DNA of 52,483 bases, taken from NCBI GenBank assembly GCA_016192025.1, contig JACPUY010000279.1:1-52483 (forward strand). Reading direction: 5' to 3'. This DNA comes from Pseudogulbenkiania sp. GTDB taxonomy: Bacteria > Pseudomonadota > Gammaproteobacteria > Burkholderiales > Chromobacteriaceae. Below, in pieces: positions 11,758-20,662 of the stretch. The stretch's first letter is position 1; each line of letters starts with the position of its first letter. The notes beneath the pieces are model-generated. The model ran no database searches. It was not told the DNA's origin and was given only the letters and a program-made list of their open reading frames with translations. A program made the position numbers and the translations under genes.

Positions 11758-12432
11758 CTACACAGAATCTGAATCCAGGTTGCGTACGTAATGAATCAAC
11801 GCGTTCACATATAACTGCTGCCTCAGACGGGTTTCGACTTCGGGGCGCGCTTCCTCAAATGACAGCTCACGGCCCGCGAAATAATGATCGATCGCTACGA
11901 TGTGAAAACCAAAGCGAGTCGGGACAATATGATGCAGGAGACCAACAACCGGTTTGGTGAATAGTACGCGTTCTAATTCCGGCACGACGTCGCCGTGATT
12001 GAGCTGGCCGAGTTGCCCATCGAGTTGTGCCGAAGGGCAGTTTGAGTAACGTCGGGCGTAGTCACTGAAGTGCGAAGGCTCTTGTAGCAGCTCTCCCAGA
12101 TGTGTTTCTGCAAGAGTACGCAGGGCGGGAACCGGAGTACGCGACGTTACCTGGTAGAGAATATGGCGCGCAGCGATCGCCTCTCCCGCTCTGAAGCGGG
12201 CTCTGTGGCTGTCAAAATAGCGCCGCATTTCCACTTCGGATGGGTTGGCCACGACGATGGCTTCAGCCAGAAGCCTTTCAATCGCTTCATCGACTGTATC
12301 CTTGGCCGCACCAGCGGCCAGCCGCCCTTCGACCACGCAGCGATGTTGCAATCGCTCGCGAATCTCATGGAGCGCGCCAGCGTCTGCATCGGCGAGCGCA
12401 TCCGGCGGGGTTGTAATGGTTTCTTCCTGCAT
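11758..12432 (-). CDS. PpiC/NifM-like peptidyl-prolyl isomerase (nar-associated)
   Basis: ARHIL, ARRYSNCPS, GQLGQL, VPELE and TRFGFHIV parvulin motifs; lies directly after narI. Confidence 0.85.
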   Translation of the reverse strand: MQEETITTPPDALADADAGALHEIRERLQHRCVVEGRLAAGAAKDTVDEAIERLLAEAIVVANPSEVEMRRYFDSHRARFRAGEAIAARHILYQVTSRTPVPALRTLAETHLGELLQEPSHFSDYARRYSNCPSAQLDGQLGQLNHGDVVPELERVLFTKPVVGLLHHIVPTRFGFHIVAIDHYFAGRELSFEEARPEVETRLRQQLYVNALIHYVRNLDSDSV

Positions 12433-12450
12433 GGGTGCACCTCTCGTTTG

Positions 12451-13149
12451 CTAAACCTGGCGTTTACGCGCACGGACCAACTGATATGGCCGCAGCACAT
12501 AGACGAGGGTCGCCAAGCCGCTCCAGATATGAACCAATCGCGTGAACGGGAATATCAGAAATACGGTAAGTCCCACAAAGATATGGACGCGGAACACCCA
12601 CGGCGCGCTTGCCATCAAGGCGGCGGCATCAGGGCGAAAGATGACGATACGTTGCGCCCACTCGGCCAATCTCAGCATCATGCTGCCGTCTAGATGAGCG
12701 GCAGATTCGAAGATGCTCGATAGCCCAAGAACCAATTGTATCCATAGCAGCACGACAACGAGAACATCGGAGGTCCGGGTGTTGGCCCATACCCGCTTAT
12801 CCACCATTCGACGGTGTATCAATATCGTCAGGCCGATGATGGCCAGCACACCGGCCAACCCGCCGGATACCATGGCCAGCAACTGCTTGGTACCGGCCGA
12901 GAGCAAGAATGCGTACATCCAGTGCGGCGTCAGCAGTCCGAAGATGTGCCCAAACAGGATAAACAGCACGCCGATATGGAACAGGTTGGAACCGATGCGC
13001 AGTTCCCTCTGGCGCAGCATCTGCGATGAATCGCTTTTCCAGGTATAAGGCTCGCGATCATAGCGGATGAAGCTACCGACGAAGAAAACCGTCAGGCAGA
13101 CATAGGGGTAAATCCCAAACAGCACGGTATTGAAGAAGTTGCTCATCAT
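12451..13149 (-). CDS. narI: Respiratory nitrate reductase gamma subunit
   Basis: RYDREPYTWKSDSSQ, SNLFHIG, GLLTPH and FPFTRLVHIWS. Confidence 0.95.
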   Translation of the reverse strand: MMSNFFNTVLFGIYPYVCLTVFFVGSFIRYDREPYTWKSDSSQMLRQRELRIGSNLFHIGVLFILFGHIFGLLTPHWMYAFLLSAGTKQLLAMVSGGLAGVLAIIGLTILIHRRMVDKRVWANTRTSDVLVVVLLWIQLVLGLSSIFESAAHLDGSMMLRLAEWAQRIVIFRPDAAALMASAPWVFRVHIFVGLTVFLIFPFTRLVHIWSGLATLVYVLRPYQLVRARKRQV

Positions 13150-13179
13150 CTGCTCCTCCGAGTTGATGACGGATCGGTT

Positions 13180-13863
13180 TTAACGCTCCTTGCCCTGCTG
13201 CGAAAACCGGACCACTGCGACAGGCGGTTCGCTACTCTGCCCGTGCATATCAGCGAATGCTGGCGCCTCGGCCCAGCTTTGGTCGATCGGCACTTCGGCG
13301 GTTACTGCGCCGTTCTTGCGTTCCAAAGGCCGTTGACCGCAGAACGATAGCAGCGTGTCAAAGACCGCGCTGTAGGGGCTGTCAGCATGCAATAGCGCTT
13401 CACCGATGGCGCGTAGCACGTGAGCACAACGACTCAGCGTTTCGCGCGCCTCCTGAATGGGGCGGCAGCTGAGAAATTCCAGCAGCACGGGCAGAAAATC
13501 GGCCAATTCCCCCGGTGCCAGCACCAGCCCGGCAGCCTGATAGCGTTCTTGCAGTGAAACCAGTGCCGACCCGCGTTCGCGCGAGTCGCCGTAAATGTGT
13601 TCGAACAGATGGAGGGAACGCGCTCGCCCCTGGTCGAACAACTCGACATAACGGGTTTCCAGCGCCAATGGATCGCCATGCGACAAGTCATCGATCAGTG
13701 CATTCAGGTCCTGCCGATCAGGCGCCCGGAACAGCGAAGACGTCTGGATCTCTGAACGAATTTCCGGCAGGGCGGCAATCAGTTCGGCACGTGGATAGGT
13801 CAGCAGCGCAGCCAATGCACGAAAGACGCGCGGCTCTGGGGTCCTGAGAAAAGGCCAGTTCAT
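13180..13863 (-). CDS. narJ: Nitrate reductase molybdenum cofactor assembly chaperone
   Basis: LLTYP, YVELFD, SLHLFEH.YGDSRERG and ELADFLPVLLEF. Confidence 0.92.
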   Translation of the reverse strand: MNWPFLRTPEPRVFRALAALLTYPRAELIAALPEIRSEIQTSSLFRAPDRQDLNALIDDLSHGDPLALETRYVELFDQGRARSLHLFEHIYGDSRERGSALVSLQERYQAAGLVLAPGELADFLPVLLEFLSCRPIQEARETLSRCAHVLRAIGEALLHADSPYSAVFDTLLSFCGQRPLERKNGAVTAEVPIDQSWAEAPAFADMHGQSSEPPVAVVRFSQQGKER

Positions 13864-15395
13864 CGCTCGGACCTCACTTTAATCGGGATGGTCTTACCCT
13901 TGCCCATACTGCCGCCGAATATGTTGGGTGCCTCGGTGCCGTCATGGCAACCATCTCCGAAGGTGAAGCCGCAGCCACCGCGCAGATCGAAGGCATGTCC
14001 AGCGTACTCGCGGTGCGCGGTGGGGATGACGAAACGGTCTTCGTAGTTGGCGATGGCAAGGTAGCGGTGCATGGCGGCCACGGTTGGCTGATCCAGCCCA
14101 ACCTGCGCGAGCAACGCCAGATCGTCACGCTGCTCCAGCTGACGGGTACGATAGAATGCACGCATCGCCAGCATGCGTTCCAGCGCCGACAGCACTGGGG
14201 CTTCATTGCCCGCTGTCAACAGGTTGGCCAGGTAGCGCACCGGGATGCGCAGCGAGTGCACATCCGGCAGCCCGTTCACGCTGGCCACCTCCCCGGCATT
14301 GGCCCGTGCCTGGATCGGCGACAGCGGCGGCACATACCAGACCATCGGCAGCGTACGGTATTCGGGATGCAGCGGAAAGGCAATCTTCCATTCGCAGGCC
14401 ATCATGTACACCGGCGACTTGCGCGCTGCTTCAAGCCAGGCATCGGCAATGCCCTGCCGCCGAGCCTCTTCGATCACAACGGGCGAACTCGGGTCGAGAA
14501 ATACCCGAAGCTGCGCCCCGTACAGATCCTGCTCGCTGGCCACTGAAGCCGCTTCTTCGATGCGGTCGGCGTCGTACAGCAGGACGCCCAGATAGCGGAT
14601 GCGTCCGACACAGGTCTCGGAACACACCGTCGGCTGGCCCGACTCGATGCGCGGGTAGCAGAAAATGCACTTCTCGGCCTTGCCGCTTTGCCAGTTGTAA
14701 TAGATTTTCTTGTAGGGGCAACCGGACACGCACATGCGCCACCCCCGGCACTTGTCCTGGTCGATCAGCACGATGCCATCTTCCACGCGCTTGTAGATCG
14801 ACCCGGACGGACAGGACGCGACGCAACTGGGGTTCAGGCAGTGTTCACACAGGCGCGGCAGGTACATCATGAAGGTGTTCTCGAACTCGCCGTAGATCGC
14901 CTTTTCCACGTTGGCGAAGTTGTAGTCCTGGCTGCGCTTGTCGAACTCGCCACCGAGGATTTCTTCCCAGTTCGGCCCCCATTCGATTTTTTCCATGCGC
15001 TCGCCCGAGATTAGCGAAACCGGCCGCGCCACCGGTGGCGTCTTGGACTCCCCCGCAGTATGCAGATGCTGGTAATCGAAGGTGAACGGTTCGTAATAGT
15101 CGTCAATCTCAGGCAGATGAGGGTTGCCAAATATTTTCGACAGCAAGGTCCAGCGGCCGCCCTGTTTGGGCTCGAGCTTGCCGTTGGGTTTGCGCACCCA
15201 GCCGCCACGCCAGCGCTCCTGGTTTTCCCAGTCCTTGGGATAACCGATACCCGGCTTGGTCTCGACGTTGTTGAACCAGGCGTACTCCATTCCCGGGCGT
15301 GACGTCCAGACGTTCTTGCAGGTAACCGAACAGGTGTGACAACCAATGCACTTGTCCAGATTCAGCACCATGGCGATTTGGGCACGGACTTTCAT
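13860..15395 (-). CDS. narH: Respiratory nitrate reductase beta subunit
   Basis: NLDKCIGCHTCSVTCKNVW, CEHCLNPSCVASCPSG, CRGWRMCVSGCPYKK and CIFCYPR Fe-S motifs. Confidence 0.97.
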   Translation of the reverse strand: MKVRAQIAMVLNLDKCIGCHTCSVTCKNVWTSRPGMEYAWFNNVETKPGIGYPKDWENQERWRGGWVRKPNGKLEPKQGGRWTLLSKIFGNPHLPEIDDYYEPFTFDYQHLHTAGESKTPPVARPVSLISGERMEKIEWGPNWEEILGGEFDKRSQDYNFANVEKAIYGEFENTFMMYLPRLCEHCLNPSCVASCPSGSIYKRVEDGIVLIDQDKCRGWRMCVSGCPYKKIYYNWQSGKAEKCIFCYPRIESGQPTVCSETCVGRIRYLGVLLYDADRIEEAASVASEQDLYGAQLRVFLDPSSPVVIEEARRQGIADAWLEAARKSPVYMMACEWKIAFPLHPEYRTLPMVWYVPPLSPIQARANAGEVASVNGLPDVHSLRIPVRYLANLLTAGNEAPVLSALERMLAMRAFYRTRQLEQRDDLALLAQVGLDQPTVAAMHRYLAIANYEDRFVIPTAHREYAGHAFDLRGGCGFTFGDGCHDGTEAPNIFGGSMGKGKTIPIKVRSER

Positions 15396-15424
15396 CAGCA
15401 GATCTCCAGCGAATGGGACGATGC

Positions 15425-18400
15425 TCAGCCGAGCGCGGGGCGCTCACCTTCCTCAAGCCAGTCCACGCGTGCCATCTTGCGCACGATGACGAACTCGTCA
15501 CGGTTTGCCCCCACCGTTCCGTAATAATTGAAGCCATAGGACAGTTGCGCATAGCCGCCAATCATGTGCGTGGGCTTGACCAGCGTCCGGGTCACCGAGT
15601 TGTGGATGCCGCCACGCTGGCCGGTGATCTCCGATCCGGGGACGTTCACGATTTTTTCCTGGGCGTGATACATCAGGCACATCCCCACCGGCACTCGCTG
15701 GCTGACCACGGCACGCGCGGCGATCGCGCCGTTGACGTTGAACAGCTCGATCCAGTCGTTATCGACGATACCACCCGTCTTTGCATCGATTTCCGAAATC
15801 CAGACGATAGGGCCGCCACGCGATAAGGTGAGCATCAGCAGATTGTCGGTATAGGTGGAATGAATTCCCCATTTCTGGTGCGGCGTGATGAAGTTCAATA
15901 TCACTTCGTGCTGTCCGTTGCCGCGCTGCCCAAGCAGCGGCGCCACAGTACGGGTATCCACCGGCGGCCGGTAGACGGCGAAGGCCTCCCCGAAATCGCG
16001 CATCCACGGGTGGTCCTGGTAAAACTGCTGCCGTCCTGTCAAGGTCCGCCAAGGGATCAGCTCATTGACATTGGTATAGCCTGCGGTGTAGCTGACGTGC
16101 TCGCTCTCGATGCCCGACCAGGTTGGAGAGGAAATGATCTTGCGCGGTTGTGCCTGGATATCGCGATAGCGGATCTTTTCATCCTGACGGGCGCGCGCCA
16201 GATGGGTATGGTCGCGGCCGGTGAAGCGGGAGAGCGCTTCCCAGGCTTTCACTGCGACCTCCCCATTGGTTTCCGGAGCCAGATGAAGAATGGTTTCCGC
16301 CGCGTCGATATCGGTCTCGATGCTGGGTAAGCCTTGGGTCGGTCCCGGCTCGGTCACGCGATGATTGAGTTCGGCCAGCCCATGCACCTCCTCCTTGGTA
16401 TCCCAGGAGATGCCCTTGCCGCCGTTGCCGATCTGATTCATCAACGGGCCCAGCGCGGTGAAGCGACGGTACACGTTGGGGTAATCGCGCTCCACCAGCT
16501 GGATTTGCGGTGCCGTCCGCCCGGGCTCCAGCTCGCACTCGCCACGTTTCCAGTCGGCCACGCCATAGGGCTGCGCCAGCTCTGCCGGCGTGTCATGCTG
16601 TAACGGAACCAGCACCACGTCCTGTTCGACACCGAGCCTACCCTCCACCAGGGTCGAGAATGTGCGGGCGATGCCCTTGTAGATTTCCCAGTCGCTCTTC
16701 GCCTCCCAGGCCGGGTCCACCGCGGCCGACAGCGGGTGGATGAACGGATGCATGTCCGAAGTGTTCAGGTCGTTCTTCTCGTACCAGGTCGCCGTCGGCA
16801 GCACCACGTCGGAATAGAGGCAGGTGGTGGACATGCGAAAATCGAGCGTGACCACCAGGTCGAGCTTTCCTGTCGGCGCCGGGTCGCGCCATTCCAGCTC
16901 GGTGGGTTTGATGCCGCCTACCTCGCCAAGGTCCTTGCCCTGCAGGCCATGCTGGGCGCCCAGCAGGTGATGCAGCATATATTCATGGCCCTTGCCGGAG
17001 GAGCCGAACAAATTGGAGCGCCAGATAAATAGATTGCGGGGAAAGTTCTGCGGATCGTCCGGATCTTCCGAGGCAAACCGGATCTGCCCGGATTTCAGTC
17101 CGCTGACGACATAATCGCGGGGTGACATTCCGGCCTCTGCAGCGGCACGTGCCAGCCTTAGCGGGTTGGTCGAGAGCTGCGGCGCAGACGGCAGCCACCC
17201 CATCCGCTCGGCGCGGACATTGAAGTCGACAAAACTACCGTTGTACTTCGACGGGTCGGCCAAGGGGGAGACAATCTCGGAGACCTTGAGCTTCTCATAG
17301 CGCCACTGACTGGAATGCAGATAAAAGAATGAGGTGCTGTTCATGTGGCGGGGCGGCCGGATCCAGTCCAAGGCAAAGGCAAGCGCCGTCCAGCCGGTCT
17401 GTGGACGCAGCTTCTCCTGTCCGACGTAGTGCGCCCAGCCGCCGCCGGATACACCAACCGTGCCGCAGAGCATCAGAAAGTTGATGATGCTGCGATAGTT
17501 CATGTCCTGGTGATACCAATGATTCATCCCCGCGCCGATGATGACCATAGCCCGGCCGTTGGTCTTTTCGGCGCTCAGGGCGAACTCGCGCGCCACCTGA
17601 ATTGCATCTTCCGCGGCAACGCCGGTGATCGTCTCCTGCCAGCGTGGCGTATACGGCGTGTCATCGTCGTAACCGTGGGCCGCCTTGCCACCCAGTCCAC
17701 GTTCGATGCCGTAGTTGGCGCACAGCAGATCGAACACCGTTGCGACGTAGGCGCTGCCTTCGACAAGAGCGATACGCCGTACCGGAACATGGCGCAGCAG
17801 CACTTGCGTCCCTTGGTCGTTGTGCTGGACATGCGGGTGGTCGACTCCGCCGAAATAGGGAAACGCGACGGTCAGCACTTCTTCGTGTTGGCCAAGCAGC
17901 GACAGCTCCAACTCGATATCGGCGCCGCTGGCTCCGTCTTTCTGCTCAAGATTCCACTTACCCAGGTCCCCCTGCTCCTGCTGCCCCCAGCGATAGCCGA
18001 TCGCTCCCTGCGGCGCCACTGGTTGGCCGCTGAGCCGGTCAAATCCCACGCTTTTCCAATCGGCATGGTTACCCTGACCCAACTGGCCGGGGAAGTCGGC
18101 AGCACGCAGATAGCGGTCCGGAACAAAGTGCTCGCCCTTGGGCTCAAGCCGCACCAGCAGCGGCAAATCGGTGAAACGGCGGCAGTAGTCCTGGAAGTAC
18201 GGCACTTGGCGGTCTACATGGCATTCTTTGAGGATCACATGGCCCAGAGCCATGGCCAGTGCAGCATCGGTTCCTTGCTTGGGGTGCAGCCAACGGTCGG
18301 CAAGCTTGGCGACTTCCGAATAATCCGGTGTGATCGCCACCACCTTGGTGCCGTTGTAGCGGGCCTCAACAAAGAAATGGGCGTCCGGGGTGCGGGTTTG

Positions 18401-19171
18401 CGGCACATTCGATCCCCAGGCGATGATATGGCTGGAGTTGTACCAGTCCGCCGATTCGGGCACGTCGGTTTGCTCCCCCCAGGTTTGCGGGCTAGACGGT
18501 GGCAAGTCGCAATACCAGTCGTAAAACGACAGCAAGGTTCCGCCCAGTAACGAGAGATAGCGCGTACCGGCAGCGTAGGACACCATGGACATCGCCGGTA
18601 TGGGAGAGAAACCCACCACCCGGTCAGGGCCGAAGCGTTCGATGGTGTAGATGTTGGCCGCGGCGATCATCTCATTCGCCTCTTCCCAACTGGACCGCAC
18701 GAAGCCGCCACGCCCGCGAATCGACTTGTACTCCTTTGACCGCTGCGGGTCTTCGACGATAGAGGCCCAAGCTTCCACCGGCCCCAGTTTGGCGCGGGCT
18801 TCACGCCACCTCGTAACCAAGCGACCCCGAATCATGGGGTGCTTGAGGCGGTTGGCACTGTAGAGATCCCAACTGTAGGATGCACCACGCGAGCAACCGC
18901 GCGGTTCGTGGTTCGGCATATCTGACCGTGTGCGCGGATAGTCGGTCTGCTGGGTTTCCCAGGTGACGATGCCGCCTTTGACATAGATTTTCCAGCTGCA
19001 GGAGCCGGTGCAATTCACGCCATGCGTCGACCGTACAATCTTGTCGTGTTGCCAGCGTAAGCGATACGCTTCCTCCCACCTGCGGTTCTCGTAACGCAGC
19101 TCGCCGTGCCCATTGGCAAAGGGCTCTCGGTTTTGAGTAAAGAACGACAGACGGTCCAGAAAATGGCTCAT
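15425..19171 (-). CDS. narG: Respiratory nitrate reductase alpha subunit
   Basis: MSHFLDRL, STHGVNCTGSCSW, SFYDWYCDLP and TPHQKWGIHSTY; 1248 aa. Confidence 0.97.
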   Translation of the reverse strand: MSHFLDRLSFFTQNREPFANGHGELRYENRRWEEAYRLRWQHDKIVRSTHGVNCTGSCSWKIYVKGGIVTWETQQTDYPRTRSDMPNHEPRGCSRGASYSWDLYSANRLKHPMIRGRLVTRWREARAKLGPVEAWASIVEDPQRSKEYKSIRGRGGFVRSSWEEANEMIAAANIYTIERFGPDRVVGFSPIPAMSMVSYAAGTRYLSLLGGTLLSFYDWYCDLPPSSPQTWGEQTDVPESADWYNSSHIIAWGSNVPQTRTPDAHFFVEARYNGTKVVAITPDYSEVAKLADRWLHPKQGTDAALAMALGHVILKECHVDRQVPYFQDYCRRFTDLPLLVRLEPKGEHFVPDRYLRAADFPGQLGQGNHADWKSVGFDRLSGQPVAPQGAIGYRWGQQEQGDLGKWNLEQKDGASGADIELELSLLGQHEEVLTVAFPYFGGVDHPHVQHNDQGTQVLLRHVPVRRIALVEGSAYVATVFDLLCANYGIERGLGGKAAHGYDDDTPYTPRWQETITGVAAEDAIQVAREFALSAEKTNGRAMVIIGAGMNHWYHQDMNYRSIINFLMLCGTVGVSGGGWAHYVGQEKLRPQTGWTALAFALDWIRPPRHMNSTSFFYLHSSQWRYEKLKVSEIVSPLADPSKYNGSFVDFNVRAERMGWLPSAPQLSTNPLRLARAAAEAGMSPRDYVVSGLKSGQIRFASEDPDDPQNFPRNLFIWRSNLFGSSGKGHEYMLHHLLGAQHGLQGKDLGEVGGIKPTELEWRDPAPTGKLDLVVTLDFRMSTTCLYSDVVLPTATWYEKNDLNTSDMHPFIHPLSAAVDPAWEAKSDWEIYKGIARTFSTLVEGRLGVEQDVVLVPLQHDTPAELAQPYGVADWKRGECELEPGRTAPQIQLVERDYPNVYRRFTALGPLMNQIGNGGKGISWDTKEEVHGLAELNHRVTEPGPTQGLPSIETDIDAAETILHLAPETNGEVAVKAWEALSRFTGRDHTHLARARQDEKIRYRDIQAQPRKIISSPTWSGIESEHVSYTAGYTNVNELIPWRTLTGRQQFYQDHPWMRDFGEAFAVYRPPVDTRTVAPLLGQRGNGQHEVILNFITPHQKWGIHSTYTDNLLMLTLSRGGPIVWISEIDAKTGGIVDNDWIELFNVNGAIAARAVVSQRVPVGMCLMYHAQEKIVNVPGSEITGQRGGIHNSVTRTLVKPTHMIGGYAQLSYGFNYYGTVGANRDEFVIVRKMARVDWLEEGERPALG

Positions 19172-19207
19172 TCGCTATCTCCCAACGGGTTGTCCCTACG
19201 CTGCAAT

Positions 19208-20452
19208 TCAGTATGTTTCGGCGTGCCCCCCACTGATTTCGGTACGACGGACCTCGGTGAAGTACATCAAGATCAATGACACCCAAACGACGCCGTACAG
19301 CAGCATGAAGCAGCTGGACCTTACCCCCAGTAACTGCTGCAAGGCGCCGAACATCACCGGCAGCAGGAAACCGCCCAAGGCTCCTACCATGCCCACGGCA
19401 CCTCCGACGGCACCGAGCTGAGAAGGGAAATCGTCGGCGATGTACTTGTAGGTGGATGCCATTCCGAAGGCGAAGGCCACACCCAAGGTGAACAGAAGAG
19501 GAGTGAAGGTCCAGAAAGAATGGCCGATGGCTATCTGAACCTGCCCTGTCAGCGTGAATACAATCAGTTCAGATCGTGGGTATGACAGAAGGAACAGGCA
19601 AATCCAGGCCGCCCACAACACCCACCAGGTAATGGCGTGAGCTCCACGCCGGTCGGCCAGAGCGCCACCTAACGCACGCAACACCCCGGCTGGAAGCGAA
19701 AAACTGGCGGCGAAGACGGCTGCTTGCGCTAACGTCAGATTGAATTCGCCGCGTAGATACGCCGGCATCCATAGCGACAAGGCGGTAAAGCCCCCAAACA
19801 CGATCGAATAGTACTGACAGTATTTCCAGATCCTTGCGTCGCGCAGCACGGCCAACTGCTCGCGCAGCGGTACCGTGCGGCGTTGCTGCGAGACGATCGG
19901 GTCGCGCGATGACAGTAACCTGAACAGCACGGCCGTAACCAGAAGGGCCACCGCGTAATAACGAGGTACCGCACGCCAACCCCACTCTGCAACCAGTTGC
20001 GGCGCCACAAACATATTGAGCGCGGCTCCTACCGTACCAGCGCCAAACACCCCCATGGCAAAGCCGCGCTGTTCTGGGGGGAAGAACCGTGCGACGTAGG
20101 GCGTGCCGACCGAGAACGAGGCCCCGACTGCTCCAAGAGCAAAACCGAGCAAAAGGAAGTGCCAGTACTGGTTAGCCAGAGACACCAAGAAAACAGGGAT
20201 GGCGGTTGCGACCAGCAGGATCAGCATCACCACATCACCGCCAAAGCGGTCAGTCCACAAGCCGGCAGGAAGCCTTAGCAGAGCACCGCACAACACAGGC
20301 GTTGCAGTCAGCACACCGAACTGGAAGGGGGACAGACCGAATTGCTCACGAATCGGCACCCCGATGACGCCGAACATCATCCACACCGCAAAACACACGA
20401 CAAAAGCAAGCGTACTCACGGATAGCACGACATAGTCTTGGCGACTGGGCAT
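19208..20452 (-). CDS. narK: Nitrate/nitrite MFS transporter (NarK1-like)
   Basis: Hydrophobic MFS with GASFSVGTPYV and GFAMGVFGAG nitrate-signature-like motifs; directly upstream of narG. Confidence 0.88.
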   Translation of the reverse strand: MPSRQDYVVLSVSTLAFVVCFAVWMMFGVIGVPIREQFGLSPFQFGVLTATPVLCGALLRLPAGLWTDRFGGDVVMLILLVATAIPVFLVSLANQYWHFLLLGFALGAVGASFSVGTPYVARFFPPEQRGFAMGVFGAGTVGAALNMFVAPQLVAEWGWRAVPRYYAVALLVTAVLFRLLSSRDPIVSQQRRTVPLREQLAVLRDARIWKYCQYYSIVFGGFTALSLWMPAYLRGEFNLTLAQAAVFAASFSLPAGVLRALGGALADRRGAHAITWWVLWAAWICLFLLSYPRSELIVFTLTGQVQIAIGHSFWTFTPLLFTLGVAFAFGMASTYKYIADDFPSQLGAVGGAVGMVGALGGFLLPVMFGALQQLLGVRSSCFMLLYGVVWVSLILMYFTEVRRTEISGGHAETY

Positions 20453-20662
20453 CTACGTGACTCCACAAATGAGCTGCGAAGAACATGTGCTTCAAACTCT
20501 AGTACATGCGATGCCGCTCTTCTAAGGAGAAAGATGGACAGTCTGACCAGCCCCAATCAATCCACTGCTCCGACCAATGGATCGCCTCTGCTTTCCTAAT
20601 TGATGTTGGCAGAACAGCGCACTGTCTTCCGTTTTTTCATTTTTCGGTACAATCGGCCGGTA

